Positions 36,501 through 48,449 of a stretch of DNA of 64,000 bases are shown here, one piece after another (the first letter of the stretch is position 1; the number at the start of each line of letters is the position of its first letter). The stretch comes from Phoronis australis. Lineage: Eukaryota > Animalia > Phoronida. A model generated the notes under the pieces. The model searched no databases. It was given only the letters and a program-made list of their open reading frames with translations, and was not told the origin of the DNA. Made by a program: the position numbers and the translations under genes. The DNA is taken from assembly GCA_002633005.1 (NCBI GenBank), contig NMRA01000453.1, forward strand, positions 298,116 through 362,115. The letters run 5' to 3'.

Positions 36501-37973
36501 ATATGTTTTCGTTCATATGCGGAGCGGTTGACGAAACCTCCCGGCTTACATAAACATAGGCACACGTTTTCGAAACGAAACNATTTCGTGCGTAAGCCAA
36601 TGCAAACTTCAAATCTACCAAAGTGTTTTTCATCCATAAGAAGCAGTGTTGCTTAGTGGGAAAAGTGTCCGTTTCCTTTATTCAAGGTCACGAGTTCGTC
36701 CCGCTGGAACACGCTGCCAATCCATTGAATGAGTCTAAAGCTCATCAGATCTATTTTAACTACACTTGTACATTAATAAACCATAAAAATAAAAAATGGA
36801 GTTGTAAGTAGCTGCTCGTCTGCTCTGCGTCACGTCTAATGCAAACACAAAGCAGTTCATCCAGAAAACATGTTTTCGAGGGAAACAACAGTTTTTTAGC
36901 ATTTAGTAAGTACATATGTTTTCGTTCATATGCGGAGCGGTTGACGAAACCTCCCGGCTTACATAAACATAGGCACACGTTTTCGAAACGAAACCTTGGT
37001 ATTGCAGCCCCGTGACTGCAGGTTAAGACTGGCCGTTTTGCTTGCTGGGCCTTATGCCGTTGTGCTTGTGGTAGAATGTGACGATTCGTACAATTACTGT
37101 CCAATACATATATGTATCTTTGTTGATTTGACATGAAATGACGTGTACTGCCATGGTTACCTAAACAAATTTCCAAGACTAAATTGTCATTTTTAGTATA
37201 ATGGCAAGATCATCAAGTAATTTTACCTTTAGACTCGCCAATGACATTGAAAATGGAATACTTTCCCAACGCTTCCTCTGAGTTTGGTGCAGCTATTACT
37301 GAGAGCACTTACACCCACAAGCATTGGTTCTTTGTACACGTATATGCATGAGGCAATTGTACCTTGGAATTTAGAAGTGTTTATGACGTTTTAAAACCAT
37401 TACACTGAAAATCCTAGCACTGAAATAGTCGCTTTGACATATTAAATGAAGTTACATGTAAGAGTGCACATGTAGAACGTTTAAAAGGGTACTTAGCGGC
37501 TTAACTGGTAATAATCTTGCAACAAAACTGTTTATAACTAGCGTTTCTTAGAAATCGCCAGAAAGTACTTATACGATTTTAAGTTTCTGCATGCATGCTA
37601 TCAAAATGAGTGCATAAACATATTTACAAAAACATATTCAATCATGACAAAATGCAAGGATTGAAAAAAGATCTACATAATTACGTCATGACATTTTACT
37701 CAATAGTTATTATCTGGATCAAAACCAATTACGCAAATATGGTATCATTGTATCTCAAACTGTTGAGAGTAAAGGTATACTAGACCCAATTTTCAGAACA
37801 ACTGTACGTCTATTAAAATCCATATAGTGTTCACTGTAAAATTATAACAAACGTTGGTCCATTAGCAAAAAAAAAACAATTTAATTCATACATACATCAT
37901 TCTTTTAGTGTATCCAAGATGGCACATTACCTGGTATGACAAGAAAAATGACCAATAGAACGTGTGTCGTCAT
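16460..37973 (-). CDS. Nicotinic acetylcholine receptor alpha subunit, alpha9/alpha10/alpha7-like (copy A); complement(join(16460..16798,18062..18270,22387..22652,23930..24202,24786..24895,26298..26342,28518..28657,37931..37973)), 474 aa
   Basis: Open 1425-nt spliced CDS with the family-typical 140/45/110-nt exons. Motifs: [18 protein letters not shown], 13-residue Cys-loop [18 protein letters not shown], loop [12 protein letters not shown] before M2, four TM helices. Confidence 0.93.
16983..17482. mobile_element. Palindrome-rich non-autonomous element, possibly PIF/Harbinger MITE, specific to copy A
   Basis: Begins GGGCCTTTCATACT, with inverted AGTATGAAC motifs at about 17411 and 17474; absent from the homologous intron position in copy B (about 53565). 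Confidence 0.55.
18062..18270 (-). CDS. nAChR copy A exon 7 (M3, MX)
   Basis: [38 protein letters not shown]; TAG acceptor and GTAAGT donor. Confidence 0.93.
20123..20250. repeat. (CTG/CTA)n microsatellite
   Basis: Directly visible; homologous to 56700-56975. Confidence 0.9.
20908..22351 (+). mobile_element. Non-autonomous Kolobok-type DNA transposon with THAP remnant (21068-21355)
   Basis: TTAA TSDs at 20904-20907 and 22352-22355; perfect TIR AGGAGAATGCCACCC / GGGTGGCATTCTCCT; THAP pattern [20 protein letters not shown]. Confidence 0.85.
22387..22652 (-). CDS. nAChR copy A exon 6 (loop C, M1, M2)
   Basis: [67 protein letters not shown]. Confidence 0.95.
23495..23792. mobile_element. hAT-type MITE with 5-bp TSD (hAT5-like)
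   Basis: Ends CAGTAGCGGATCTAGG and CCTAAATCTGCCTATG; AGACT duplicated on both sides; absent at the homologous site in copy B (about 61710). Confidence 0.75.
23930..24202 (-). CDS. nAChR copy A exon 5 (Cys-loop, loop B)
   Basis: [46 protein letters not shown]; CAG acceptor and GTGAG donor. Confidence 0.95.
24786..24895 (-). CDS. nAChR copy A exon 4 (110 nt)
   Basis: [36 protein letters not shown]. Confidence 0.95.
26298..26342 (-). CDS. nAChR copy A exon 3 (45 nt)
   Basis: [15 protein letters not shown]; TAG acceptor and GTAGGT donor. Confidence 0.93.
26432..26496. repeat. ~33-bp tandem duplication
   Basis: AACCAAGATTCATTACCTAA(A)TGTGAATAGCGC occurs twice in a row. Confidence 0.85.
26839..27197. 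mobile_element. PIF/Harbinger-type MITE
   Basis: TIRs GGGCCTGTTCCAAGAAACTGACTTA / TAAGTCAGTTTTGTTGGAACGGGCCC with a 3-bp CAG TSD. Confidence 0.75.
28518..28657 (-). CDS. nAChR copy A exon 2 (140 nt)
   Basis: [46 protein letters not shown]; CAG acceptor and GTAAGT donor. Confidence 0.93.
29070..29237. repeat. (ATT/ATC/GTT)n microsatellite
   Basis: Directly visible. Confidence 0.9.
30478..30596. repeat. Compound (TA)n-(CATACA)n-(ATT)n microsatellite
   Basis: Directly visible. Confidence 0.9.
30590..32037. mobile_element. ~1.45-kb foldback (palindromic) non-autonomous element, possibly Crypton-associated, with a hAT-type MITE starting at 30876
   Basis: Ends ATTATTACATG..AGTCGTTATCCCCCGTA / TACGGGGGATAACGACT..CATGTAATAAT. 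The internal arms at about 31180-31470 and 31560-31840 are reverse complements. Confidence 0.7.
32798..32956. mobile_element. hAT5-like MITE (same family as 56527-56688 and the fragment at about 15390)
   Basis: CAGGGGCAGATGCAGGATTTTGAG..CCGCCACTG; flanks GTCAC / GTCAA. Confidence 0.65.
36170..36994. repeat. Direct duplication with 413-bp period joined by a single N (probable assembly artefact)
   Basis: 36170-36581 and 36583-36994 differ at only two positions that I could see; N at 36582. Confidence 0.85.
37931..37973 (-). CDS. nAChR copy A coding exon 1 (signal peptide)
   Basis: [14 protein letters not shown] with phase-1 donor CAG|GTAATG; joins exon 2 in frame to give ..[12 protein letters not shown]. 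Confidence 0.8.
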
Positions 37974-38349
37974 GTCAGCTTGCCTTGTCCACCTCAGCTT
38001 TTAATTTCGAGTGTCGACGCTGGACGAAACAATTCATTATGCTTAGCATTCATTGCAATCGATTTCTAAAGTGAAACGTCAAAAACCAACCATGAAGGCA
38101 AAGTGACTAAATTTACCAACGATGTTAATGTTTTGAGTGTTAATTGAATTGATTGGGAGAGCTAATTTCATGCTCACGTATGGGGAAAAACAACAAATGG
38201 GCTTTGGTAACAGTCGATTATTGTTTAAAAGATATATTATCTACGTAAGTGTTGTGCAGTTACTTTCATCACAAAGATGGACTCCAGGGAATGCCCGTAT
38301 TACGATAATGATCTCATACGAAATACTAAATCTTTATCTACTGTGTAAG

Positions 38350-38800
38350 CAGGGAATAGTTGTATATAACACGCCCATATTTTGAGAACCAGTTCGATGG
38401 TCGTTGTATATTCTATATCGGAGTCACACAGAGACCCCTCTGTGACAGGCTGAAAGAACATCACACCTCAGAGAAAAGCAACATATATAGGCAATCACCA
38501 AGCCAATTCAGTTAGTATTCCATGTGTCTGCAGCGAACCTAATAAGGAGTTACTGTACATTAAAGAGTCATTGGCCATTCAGAACCAGCATGCCACGGAT
38601 TCTCTGAATAGCATGCAGAGCTCAGTGACACTGCAACTATGGTGATGACCAGCTACTTGACATTGTTCCCTGTATCTCTCACTTCTCTTTATGGATGTTA
38701 CCTGAGCCGTTTGTTTGCACTTGCTGTCCTAAATTGTTGTAAATATGACCCTGATGATGTCTAATGATTAGACGAAACGTTGATAGGACATGAAATTTTT
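38350..38800 (+). mobile_element. 3' fragment of a Penelope-like retroelement (GIY-YIG remnant and 3' region)
   Basis: FYIGVTQRPLCDRLKEH..SNIY from 38411, and ELLYIKESLAI..SLNSMQSSVTLQLW* ending at 38645, followed by a hammerhead core. Confidence 0.75.
38743..38792 (+). ncRNA. Minimal type I hammerhead ribozyme motif (Penelope-associated, stem I degenerate)
   Basis: CTGATGA (38751-38757), T, stem II GTCTAA-tga-TTAGAC, GAAA (38774-38777), palindromic ACGT stem III, then T. Confidence 0.6.
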
Positions 38801-39686
38801 TATTTGTGCGGCGATCGTCCTGCTTTTAACTTTAGTTAGTAAAAATATGTAATTTACCTGAATGCTTAAATCGTTTCCTCTGGTCCAAGTGAAAGAAAGT
38901 CCCACAGGAAATCGTGCTGGCATTGCAACGATCTTTAGTCAGCGCCAATGTTGTCAGAGTGTGATCTCCATTGTTCAAGAGTTTTATGTCCTTGAGAAAG
39001 TCGCTAGCATATTCAAAAAAGAACCAGGTCGAATGAGACACCCTTAGATATGTGTTTCGTCCGACTGATTCGCTGATTGTGACATGATCCGTTCACAACA
39101 TAAAAATGAAATACAGGTGAACAGCGTAACCATGCTCTGCCTAAAACGGTAAGCGGTGTAGTCGTTACCATCGTTACCATCTCATTTGAAATATTCACAA
39201 AGCAACAACCGTGCGTAAGCGTGAAGAAGGACTTAAAACGTCGTCGGACTTTTTTGAAAACAAACATATAAATATTTAGATGTCACGGCAAGTATAAATA
39301 GTAGCCAAATTCAGTCTTATGAGGTTTTTGTTCTTTATAACTTTAATTGCCATTGTATCTTGTAAATCTGGCAACATTCGCTGTCAGAGCACTCAAGCCG
39401 GCCCCTATGTCATTCAATGCAATTTTGAGGCATATGAATTCAAATTAGGACAGGCCAGTTGTACACAAATTTTATATTGCCAAAAATGTCTTACGACACT
39501 CAATGTTTTGGAATTCAGATGAGATATACTTGTGGGATAGGTAGGTGAGTATTTTTATTTCCAGATACGTACATGTATATTTAAAATCAGTTGAAACAAA
39601 GACGGGCAAAATCTAATGAGAATTTTGCGTTGTGTTAAAATAAATTTTTACTTTTTAAAAATACCTGCAAGGTATATTTTTTTGAG

Positions 39687-39911
39687 TACTGGGATGACGG
39701 CTTAGCCGCACAAGCTAAGGCAGTGGGGAAAAGTGTGACTTACAACGGCGGCACAGCACTGAGAAACAACACGGTCCACAGTTGGTCAGAACCTTGGCTG
39801 GAATTCACACAATACTGATCTTTGGCACATTGTGAATCAGTGGTACAACAAAAAGCCATATTAGGGCTTTGACAGTCATACATACTCGGGAATCTGCGCC
39901 ATCATACTCAG
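39687..39911 (+). pseudogene. Decayed duplicate of CAP gene exon 2
   Basis: TACTGGGATGACGGCTTAGCCGCACAAGCTAA is identical to the start of exon 2 (5485). It is followed by a deletion, frameshifts, an in-frame TAG and a lost donor (CAG|AT). Upstream 39280-39680 resembles intron sequence at 5060-5480. Confidence 0.88.
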
Positions 39912-41485
39912 ATATCCGGCCAGTTATGAAGTGAATGTTTACGAATTGTTGATTGCATTTACAATGTACTCCGGTTATTGTGAGGAACTGGCCAGCATGA
40001 GTTTTCGCATACCGCCGCAAAATTCTTAGCGATTGGATGGAGGGGGCTGAAATGAGTAGCATCTTGCAATGAACAGCAGAACCCAGACATAAAATTGAAA
40101 TGGAAATAGACGGGGAATACAGCATAGGGTCGTGGTTCTATTATGGTCCACCTTGCTATGCCAGTGGCATGTTCCGAAACTATCAACACTCAAAACAACT
40201 TCATTTTTGTACATGGATAGGTATCCTAACAAATACCCAAATGCCACATTCTGTGCACTCAATGACCCCTAATTTCACCGCTGGAACACTAGATCGCAAT
40301 CTGTCATATTAGCAGTCCCCGGAATTGTATTTTTTGTTTTCAGCAACGGAAACAAGAAAATTACAAAATACATTGAAAGTTGTGATTTGGTGGCTAGAAA
40401 AACTAGAAGTATACTGTAAATAATTACTTGACATTTACCCAAATTTGACCACTTCTCCTAGCTAATTTTGGTGGCCGATCTTGAGACCTTCTTAAAGCCA
40501 TATTGCACCTTGTAGCTGTACGAACCTTTTTGAACAAACAGCTAAGGAGTAAATCTTGATGACTCAGGCAAAATATCTTGCCTCAACACCAACTTATAAT
40601 GAAAATTGTCTTGCAAAACTGTCGATTTTGGAAACGATGAGAAGAATTCACAGACAAATTGAACGAAATTTTGAACAAGAAATGTGTTTTGAATTGTTAT
40701 AAAATCATGTCTAAGGCCTTTCAAATGACTATTACGCGATCAGTATCAAAACTAGATACGATGTCCTGTGAGCCAGTTGTACATATAAGCCTCTTGTTTT
40801 CTACCATTATCATTTATTTGACAATTTCAGGTCAATTCAATAGAAATAAATCACTTTGAAGTTTGAATTCGTTAGAATTGTTATTTCAAAACACTGGTTT
40901 TGATGCTATCTTATTCTTAACGACAAAATGAAGAACGAAGGTCATTTGTTTTCGTTTAGAGAGTTTTCATCAAACAAGCGGGATCACAAAAGCTTTGAGA
41001 CTTTAGTCAGCCAAGCTGAAGACAATTCAGAACATATGAGATGCTGAAAATATCACATAAATCAAGGCCAGTGACAGAATATGAGCGCGTACTAGCCAGA
41101 ATAGGTAAATTTTTGATTGAGCAGGACCAGTCGTGAAGTCAAATCATACAATGTATGCGATGTTCACCGAAGCGAATTTGGTCGCGGTTTTGCCCAAGCA
41201 AAAAGTTTCTGTACCCTGAACACCCAAGAACTTCTAGAAGAATATCTGAGTGAGGTATTGACTTCAACATTTCACGGTGGACATTGGCTCAGTTTGAACA
41301 GGCTCAGAATTTGCACCACCCGGTACATTCGACTACAAGAGACACAAGATCATGAGTCACAGTTGGAAACATGACCCAAATTTGTTTTCCTGATGCTCGC
41401 CATACATGTGCATATATACATGTACTATATATTTTATCGTAGTTAATCGTAGTTTGTAGTGGAGGTGAAATGACAGTAGTCGGTC

Positions 41486-41686
41486 CAGTGGCGTAGCGAG
41501 CACCTTCTTGCCCCCCGTCGACCAATTTACTAAGTGGCGCCCCCATCCCCGGGTGGTAGCTGTGTAACCCATCCTCAGTTAACAGATGCTCAGTGCCCCC
41601 TTGGACGACATCTGTTTAGCACCAAACCCCCATCCCCCGTTGGACAGGCCCCCGGCGGCATCAGACCCTCCTTGCTACGGACATAG
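41486..41686. mobile_element. hAT-type MITE
   Basis: CAGTGGCGTAGC..GCTACGGACATAG; flanks TCGGTC / TCAGTC. Confidence 0.5.
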
Positions 41687-44600
41687 TCAGTCACTCGGTA
41701 TGTTTGCTATGAAATCCAGACGTTTGTGTTGATTCGGCTGGTAGTCTCTTCTACAGTTTCCATGTAAACAAACAGCGACGCCATCTATCATTTAGACGAA
41801 GCATGCATGCCAGTCACAATTTATGTATATATTTTTTGTAATGAGTGTGTTTTTGAGAGAAATGTAATTTCAAACGGCTTCCGCTTTTTCTCTAAAATTC
41901 AATTGTTTTATGTCGCCAAATTTGGCCGAAATGGCTTCATTGAAAACCACACAAAATAAAACGAAACAAAACATACAAATTTGAAGATGAATTTTGAAAT
42001 ATATGCCATGTAATTATTCAAACATAGTCCTTTAAAACCGTATCATTTACTTACTACTATCTTACTACACATGCTAGTAAAATGGATTTAAACATGTCTA
42101 CTTTGGCCCCAATTTTGTTGCAAAGTGGAGGTACATGTCTTAAAGAGAAATAATGGATAGCAATTCTTAAAAGTCGAAATTTTTCTACCAAACCAAACTC
42201 ACGTGCTAAGTCTAAATAAATCTGTGATTTTGGGTATAGACTTTACCTGTTGGATTTTATACGGTGTCACTCAACCTGTTGATATCTCGTATGAGGGACA
42301 ATTGGTAGGCTTGGGAGGAACGGACATTTCGTCATCTATTCAAACCAAGGTTACATAAATGTTATTCGTCTGAGGAAATAACGGACTGTCGATTATTCCT
42401 GAGCCAGAGAAATCGTTTCTAATATGAGTAAGTAACAAGATGAGACGATAAATGGCTTACATCAGCACTGGCTTGACAGAAAGCACATGTTTAATGTCGT
42501 GTTAAATTTGTGAAGGTGAAGAATACGAAAGTTAACTAATGGAATAGGGAATCAGCACAAGGTAACGCAAAGGCTCGAGTCTTTTTGGTTATCTCTGAAG
42601 TTTGCAGGTTGTCAACTGACGATCAGTTTCACTCAACGTGTTTGTAGCCTGGGTGTGCAGCATTGAAAAAAGTGGGAGGGCTAAAGCCCCCTAAACCCCC
42701 CTGTGGTGCACGCATATAGACCATGTTCGACGTAGCACTGAAAAAAGTGGGGGCTATAGTCCCCCCCAGCCCCCTATGGTGCGCCGCCGATGTGTAGTGC
42801 CACTTCAAATGACAGATGTCTTAACAAAGAGACTATGAACACGACCCAGAATAATCAACTGTAAGTTAAACTGAGCGCAGATTCGGCAGGTCAAAAATGA
42901 ATACCTACTGCGATTTCAAAGTAAGATTAATAATAAAAGGAGGACACGGAAACTACGAATGGAATCTCAAATCTCGTATTGAATATTGCAATTTGTTATC
43001 GCCCTATTCAAACGATCAATCGGTGAATTTGAAAATTTTAAACATGCTAAAGCTCTTGGTAAATGTTAATTGGTTTCCAGCAATATGTTTTTAATCTGAA
43101 ACGAACTATGTTATTCTTACCTTGAAGGATTGAACGTTATTTCGAAGTTTTGTTTTCCACAGCTTCATGGCCTGAAGTTTCCGTCATATGAAGCTAGCCA
43201 GTAAAGCCAGAACGCACGCATTGTTAAGAGCACGAGCTTATATATATTTTTTATGTTGGCCTGCCGTGTTCGTTTTTTAGTGATGACGTATCTGTCACTA
43301 TTATGACACGATTTGGACACTCAATTACTAATACGAATAGAACTCCACAGTGACTGTGTCACATCATAGGATCTTGATTTTTTCCTAATCAGGTTAACCA
43401 TGGGGGCAATTGAGGACTAGACTTTTTACAGAATTGCGTGTTTTTGATTAATTAGTGTACTCCGAAAGCAGTTGCACCCATTGTATGCTCCCTAGGAATT
43501 GAGAAGGAGTAAGATTGACCACATCCACAGTAATGTATTCACATAATATCAGTAATTTACAGAGATCAATAAATTTGACCTTATTGTTACTATTATTGTT
43601 ATTGTAATTATCAATTTTGCATTTAAATTTTACTTGACTGGGTTCAAAACGTCAGGATTACGTCTTACGTCAGGTAAATTATGTTCTGAGACTGCCTTAT
43701 TTGGTGGGGCGTATGTGAACTTCAGTTCATTGAACTTCACATGTAATTCCAAGTTAGTTCAATCTGTCCTTGAAAGTGGCAAGTTACCATGTTCGTGGGA
43801 ATCACTGATAAGGAAATTGGTTATCTGTTGAAACAATGCAGAGTTTTAGTGGCCTTGTTGGCTACACTACCAAGATTGACAGAGTAACTTCCAGAAAAGA
43901 TGTTGCATGACAAATTTTGATAAAATGTGGGATATGAGATTCAGGTCAACTGAGAAGTTTAGCCAATCACTTGGTCGGTTTTCAGCTCGAAACTGTTTTG
44001 AATGCAGTGAAAGGGATATGCGGTGGAGATGATTGCCAAGATATCAGTGATTATCTACACATCCTCTAAGTTTGATCAGGATAGACTCATTATTTGATTT
44101 TCCCTTTGCCCGCCATGTACTCTGCAAATGCTGATATTACTACATGCATAGTAAATATCACACGTAAATGGTTGATTCAAAAGAACTTAATTCACTCGCG
44201 CATTATCGTTTTTAGCCGAGGGAGGGAGGGAGGGAGGGAGGGAGAGAGAGAGACCTTTTTATTTACATTAAGTTATAATAATACAATGATTAAATAATTT
44301 GATTTCAATTAGGAGGCCTTCTAAAGGTTATTGACCGCTAATAAGAAGGTCCCCTGTACAAAATAAATAAATACACGTAGAAATGCAAAAATCAGTAGGA
44401 ATAGGTGAAGCCATATGTATATATAACATACTTAAGAAAACAAAGTGAATTAGCGCTGAAAACGACCGACACGCCATCAACCAAGAAGTGGACTGGCACA
44501 GCGCCGGAGATTTTGGGAAAACCATAAGAAACTGTAACATATGAAGCAATTCGAAATATGACAAACTGGATCGTAGTTGCTAATAATAAAATTGGTTAAG

Positions 44601-45359
44601 AACCTGGAGAATGCTTGCAAAGAATGTGTTTTTATTATATTTAGAGCAGAGAGGTGTAAGCTATGGACAAAACTGTGTGGACGGCCACACGTATTTCTCA
44701 ACGTGGCAATGTTGCGTGATTATCCGAAGGCTAAACACAAATATATTTGTTCCAATTTTCGTATTTTTCAGTTTTGTGGCTATAGTTTAGGTCTATCTGA
44801 TTTCAACTACGGGGTTTCACTCGCCTGGCGGCATTTGTCTCGACAAGACCAGCTGGTTCCGAGCACTGCCACTGGCACTAGCCCCAGGGGTAGTCCCCCG
44901 ATTGTTGTTTTAAGGACACTTTTATAAAACATCGTTTTGTTTCGTAGCAAAAATGAGAAACCATTTTTATTTTTCTTTGTTATTCATATACCCGTAGGCT
45001 GGCGTCCAACTGAACCTCTCTCCAAAATTGACATATTCAATCGGCATAGCGTTACTGGATTACTGAACTCAAAGCAAGTGAGGTGTTCGGTCTCTGAGTA
45101 TTAGGTCCAAATGATCATGGGAAAACAATAGAACGAGTGTAGCAAATTCACAAATCTAAAATTTACTATAAAAACCAGTTTAATTCAATTTACAATTTTC
45201 CTCACCCGTTTCAGTTTCACCATGACAGCTGACCAGAATTCACGTCTCAGTAAAAACTCTGTTGAATGCTCATCTAAAGGACCGACAACGGTGATCCAGA
45301 AACTCAAACTATTGAACCAGTAGAACGTGGGTGCAGTTTGGCGATATGGTCAGTAAACA

Positions 45360-46110
45360 CTTTATTCTTCTTATCGAGAATTTGTATCATGGCACTCACA
45401 TCGGGATGAATCCGTTGTATATGCACGTGTATGTATGTCACAAAATCACAGAAAGATGCTCCAGACACTAACAACTGCCCTCGAACTTAGAAGCAATGAC
45501 TATGATTTAGTTTTCGCAACAAAATTTCGTCTCCAAATTTTGACAAAAACAGAGATTCCGTTTTCTCGTAAGTTGTAAGGCTTCTTGAAGATTCATGTGT
45601 CGTATGTTGTATGGGCATTTCACTTCTAACAGCCCTACCTCTCCATTGTCGCACACTTTCCCATCAGGCGAAGCTCCAATGAATAGAAATTCGGGATTAA
45701 CTATAATTCCGCAGTCATGAACATGGTTCCCAGTTTACTTCTGATACGTGTTCTTGGCAATTGTTTCATTGAACGTTCCCTAAGTGGTGGCAGCTTCCTG
45801 AAATGGTTTGGGATTTATCGCTGAATTTACTAAATTGTCTGTAATTGGAGTCTTACGAAGCATAAACCTCCCAAAATTTGACGCTGTAATTCTCAGTTTT
45901 CTCACTTCAAACCATGAAGAGCAGTTAGCTTAGGCACGAGTGTCTTTCTCTAGCTTTCTGGCATCTTCAAATGTCATCTTCATAAACTGATATTCCTCAG
46001 CATGGTACGCGATAGCACTACCAATAGGACTGGGATGTAGGAAGTTCAGATCACCACAAGGCTTTGATTCTCCAGAAGCTCGTTCGGGCGGTTAAGCCAG
46101 AGGAGCCTGC
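45360..46110 (-). pseudogene. YqaJ/lambda-exonuclease-like ORF of an ISL2EU-type transposon, with several stops
   Basis: Manual translation gives LEKDTRA*ANCSSWFEVRKLRITASNFG..GTFNETIA..DCGIIVNPEFLFIGASPDGKV..LLEVKCPY..GQLLVSGASFCDFV, containing a PD-(D/E)xK core. Not in the ORF track. Confidence 0.85.
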
Positions 46111-46464
46111 GATAACAAGACAGAAATAAGAAGGAAATCCATGAAAAACCTTGCACAATAATTAATATAATATATTTTTTTCTGTCTTTGAGGTTTAAGT
46201 ACATTTCACCTTTGCTGATCGAAGCATTCTGAACGTCAGTGAGGTAAATCAGCAGTGAAGTTTTTGACTCTGAATTGCCTGTCTCAGATGTGTTTTCTAT
46301 TTCAGGCACATCAGGTTTGGGTTATCTGGCCATGGCTGTTGAAAACAAACTCCTTGAAGCAACGTTGGAAACTTTAACTGACGAAGCTCATCGAGGAAAA
46401 ATAAAAGCTGAAACAAAGAATGCATCCACCATGGGATTTTGTATTGCTTCGCTCAAAATAGTCA

Positions 46465-47323
46465 CTTGAAGGATAATTTCGAATACCCCACAGGATTCAC
46501 CTTTGAAGAATTTCAAAATATTTTTGATGTCCTAGTCCCATACAAGCTCGAGTCTCCCATGAACTTTTCCAAAACAATCAGTAGAACATATCACTGCAAG
46601 ATCAGCTCCTGCTTACGATTTCAAACACTTGGCAACTCTTTTTGGGATATCTCCTCAGGATGATGCAGCACTGTTCAGGGATTGGATCAACTTCATGTTC
46701 GACAAATTTGGATCTGTTACAATTTGGCCAGAACGCAACATTCTCTACAAACATGTGCCGCCAAAGTATAAGAAAGAATTTCCATACACTTTCCTCTCCA
46801 TAGATGGCACAGAAATCAAAGTGGAAAAGCCGACTTCTCTGAGAAGCCAAAGCCAGTGTTACTCAGATTACAAGTCGAGTACCACTCTAAAAGGTTTTGT
46901 AAGAGTAGACACCAGGGAACCGTTTACTTTTATATCCATGCTGTTTTCGGGGTCAGTGGCAGATAATCATATAACAATATCAAGTGGCTTACTGATAATG
47001 CTTCAGCAACTCATTGATTGCGTAAATTAAAACAAGGTGATGGAATCATGGCAGACAAAGGCTTCTTTATTAGAGAAGAAATTGAAGAAATTGGACTGAA
47101 GTTATATATCCCCCCTTTTGCAACAGGTTGTGGTCAGATGTCACCTAGTGATGTTGCCTTAACCAAAAAGATAGATGCTCACAGGGTCCATGTTGGAAGA
47201 GCTATTTCAAGAGCAAAGAAATTCAAAATTGTTGACCATAGATTAGCGTTAAGTTTATTTGCTTTTGCAAATCGGATTTGGTTTGCATGCTGTTTGTATC
47301 TGGATTCACGCCAAATCTCATAA
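46465..47323 (+). mobile_element. Frameshifted ISL2EU/Harbinger-family (DDE_Tnp_4) transposase
   Basis: IDGTEIKVEKP..QSQCYSDYKSSTTLKG..IMADKGF..IPPF..HRVHVGRAISRAKKFKI. The catalytic Glu of HVER reads HVGR. Confidence 0.88.
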
Positions 47324-48089
47324 AGGGATAAAATAAATACTTAGCTTAATTTGACTAAGCTTGATTAAACTTAAAAGGTTACTAAATGGCCTGTGACGGA
47401 TATAACCAACTCTGGCTTGTACGAAAATGTACGACATATTAGATAATTTGTTAACAATATTTATTCCATTCGTTTTCCACCCTTGGAACAAACTTCGAAG
47501 CTCAACAGAACATCGGTAAAGCAACTGACCAAGAGATATGATTAAAAGACACACGATATTTCGAAACACAATTGTTTCATTTTCAAGTGGAAAAATAGTG
47601 ACACAGTAATGCCACAACAGAGCAAAAGTTAACACACACAGGTGTGAAATACTGTAAAGAATGACATATGGAGGAGGGTAACGAGTGTAGCGTGCGGCCA
47701 GCCCCTGTTTGCTGCTCATTCAAAACAGTTTTCTCTAATGCAGTTACAACAGTACATGGTAGTATGTTAATTTGGCGCGCGTCAAAACGCGGGACACTTA
47801 GATGGTGTAGCGGGATGGCGCAAAAAATAAAGTGGGACAGTCCGCAAAGATCGGGGGCAATTGGCAAATACACCGTACAGTGTCAGGAACACCAAGTACT
47901 GGATTGGGTTCTTTTACAAGGTAAATTTTTCATTTCATAAAATTCACGGGAATAGTTAATTAATGTACTACAGATTATAGCAGTTATAGGTAAATATTAC
48001 AAAATAGCAGAGTCAGATGTACTGTAACCCACCTGTTTGTAGGGCGTTTCATTAAGGCCAAATATAACGTATTTCCTTAGAATAACGTA

Positions 48090-48390
48090 ACATGATTTTT
48101 TTAACACCCAAAAGTGTCTCGTTGAAAAACTTATGACGAGCAGAACGGGACGTTTAAGGACAGTTTGGCAACCTTCCTCCTACAAGAATGGCGGAAAGAC
48201 CCACGGACCAATTCTTGTCTCACATCGCGGAAACTGTATTCCCCTTTCTTACAGTGGTACCGTGGCAGCTGAAGAGGCTGGCATGCTTCTTGCCTTCCTT
48301 TTGAGCCAACTCAAATGGCAATGCATTGATCAGGGCTTCTGACACAGATGTTATTGTAATTGTCATTGGAATGATAGCGAGAAAACTAGA
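48090..48390 (+). mobile_element. Fragment of an Academ-like (XPG/PIN-domain) transposon protein
   Basis: FKDSLATFLLQEW..ILVSHRGNC..AEEAGMLLAF / LIRASDTDVIVIVIG resembles the HEEADT..SDTDV motif. Family name is from memory. Confidence 0.5.
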
Positions 48391-48449
48391 AAGATTATTG
48401 TCACGGCGTGACAATAATGGACTCTGCGTCGGAGGTCGTGATCTTTTAG

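Noticed and set aside
36170-36994. Recent biological tandem duplication
   Set aside because: A single N at the junction and only two differences point to overlapping haplotype contigs.
39319-39522. Small secreted-peptide-like ORF MRFLFFITLIAIVSCKS
   Set aside because: It lies in sequence homologous to CAP intron 1 (about 5100-5330), where I could not see the ORF conserved; probably chance.
44810-44890. GC-rich tRNA/SINE-like stretch
   Set aside because: No cloverleaf or convincing A/B boxes could be built.
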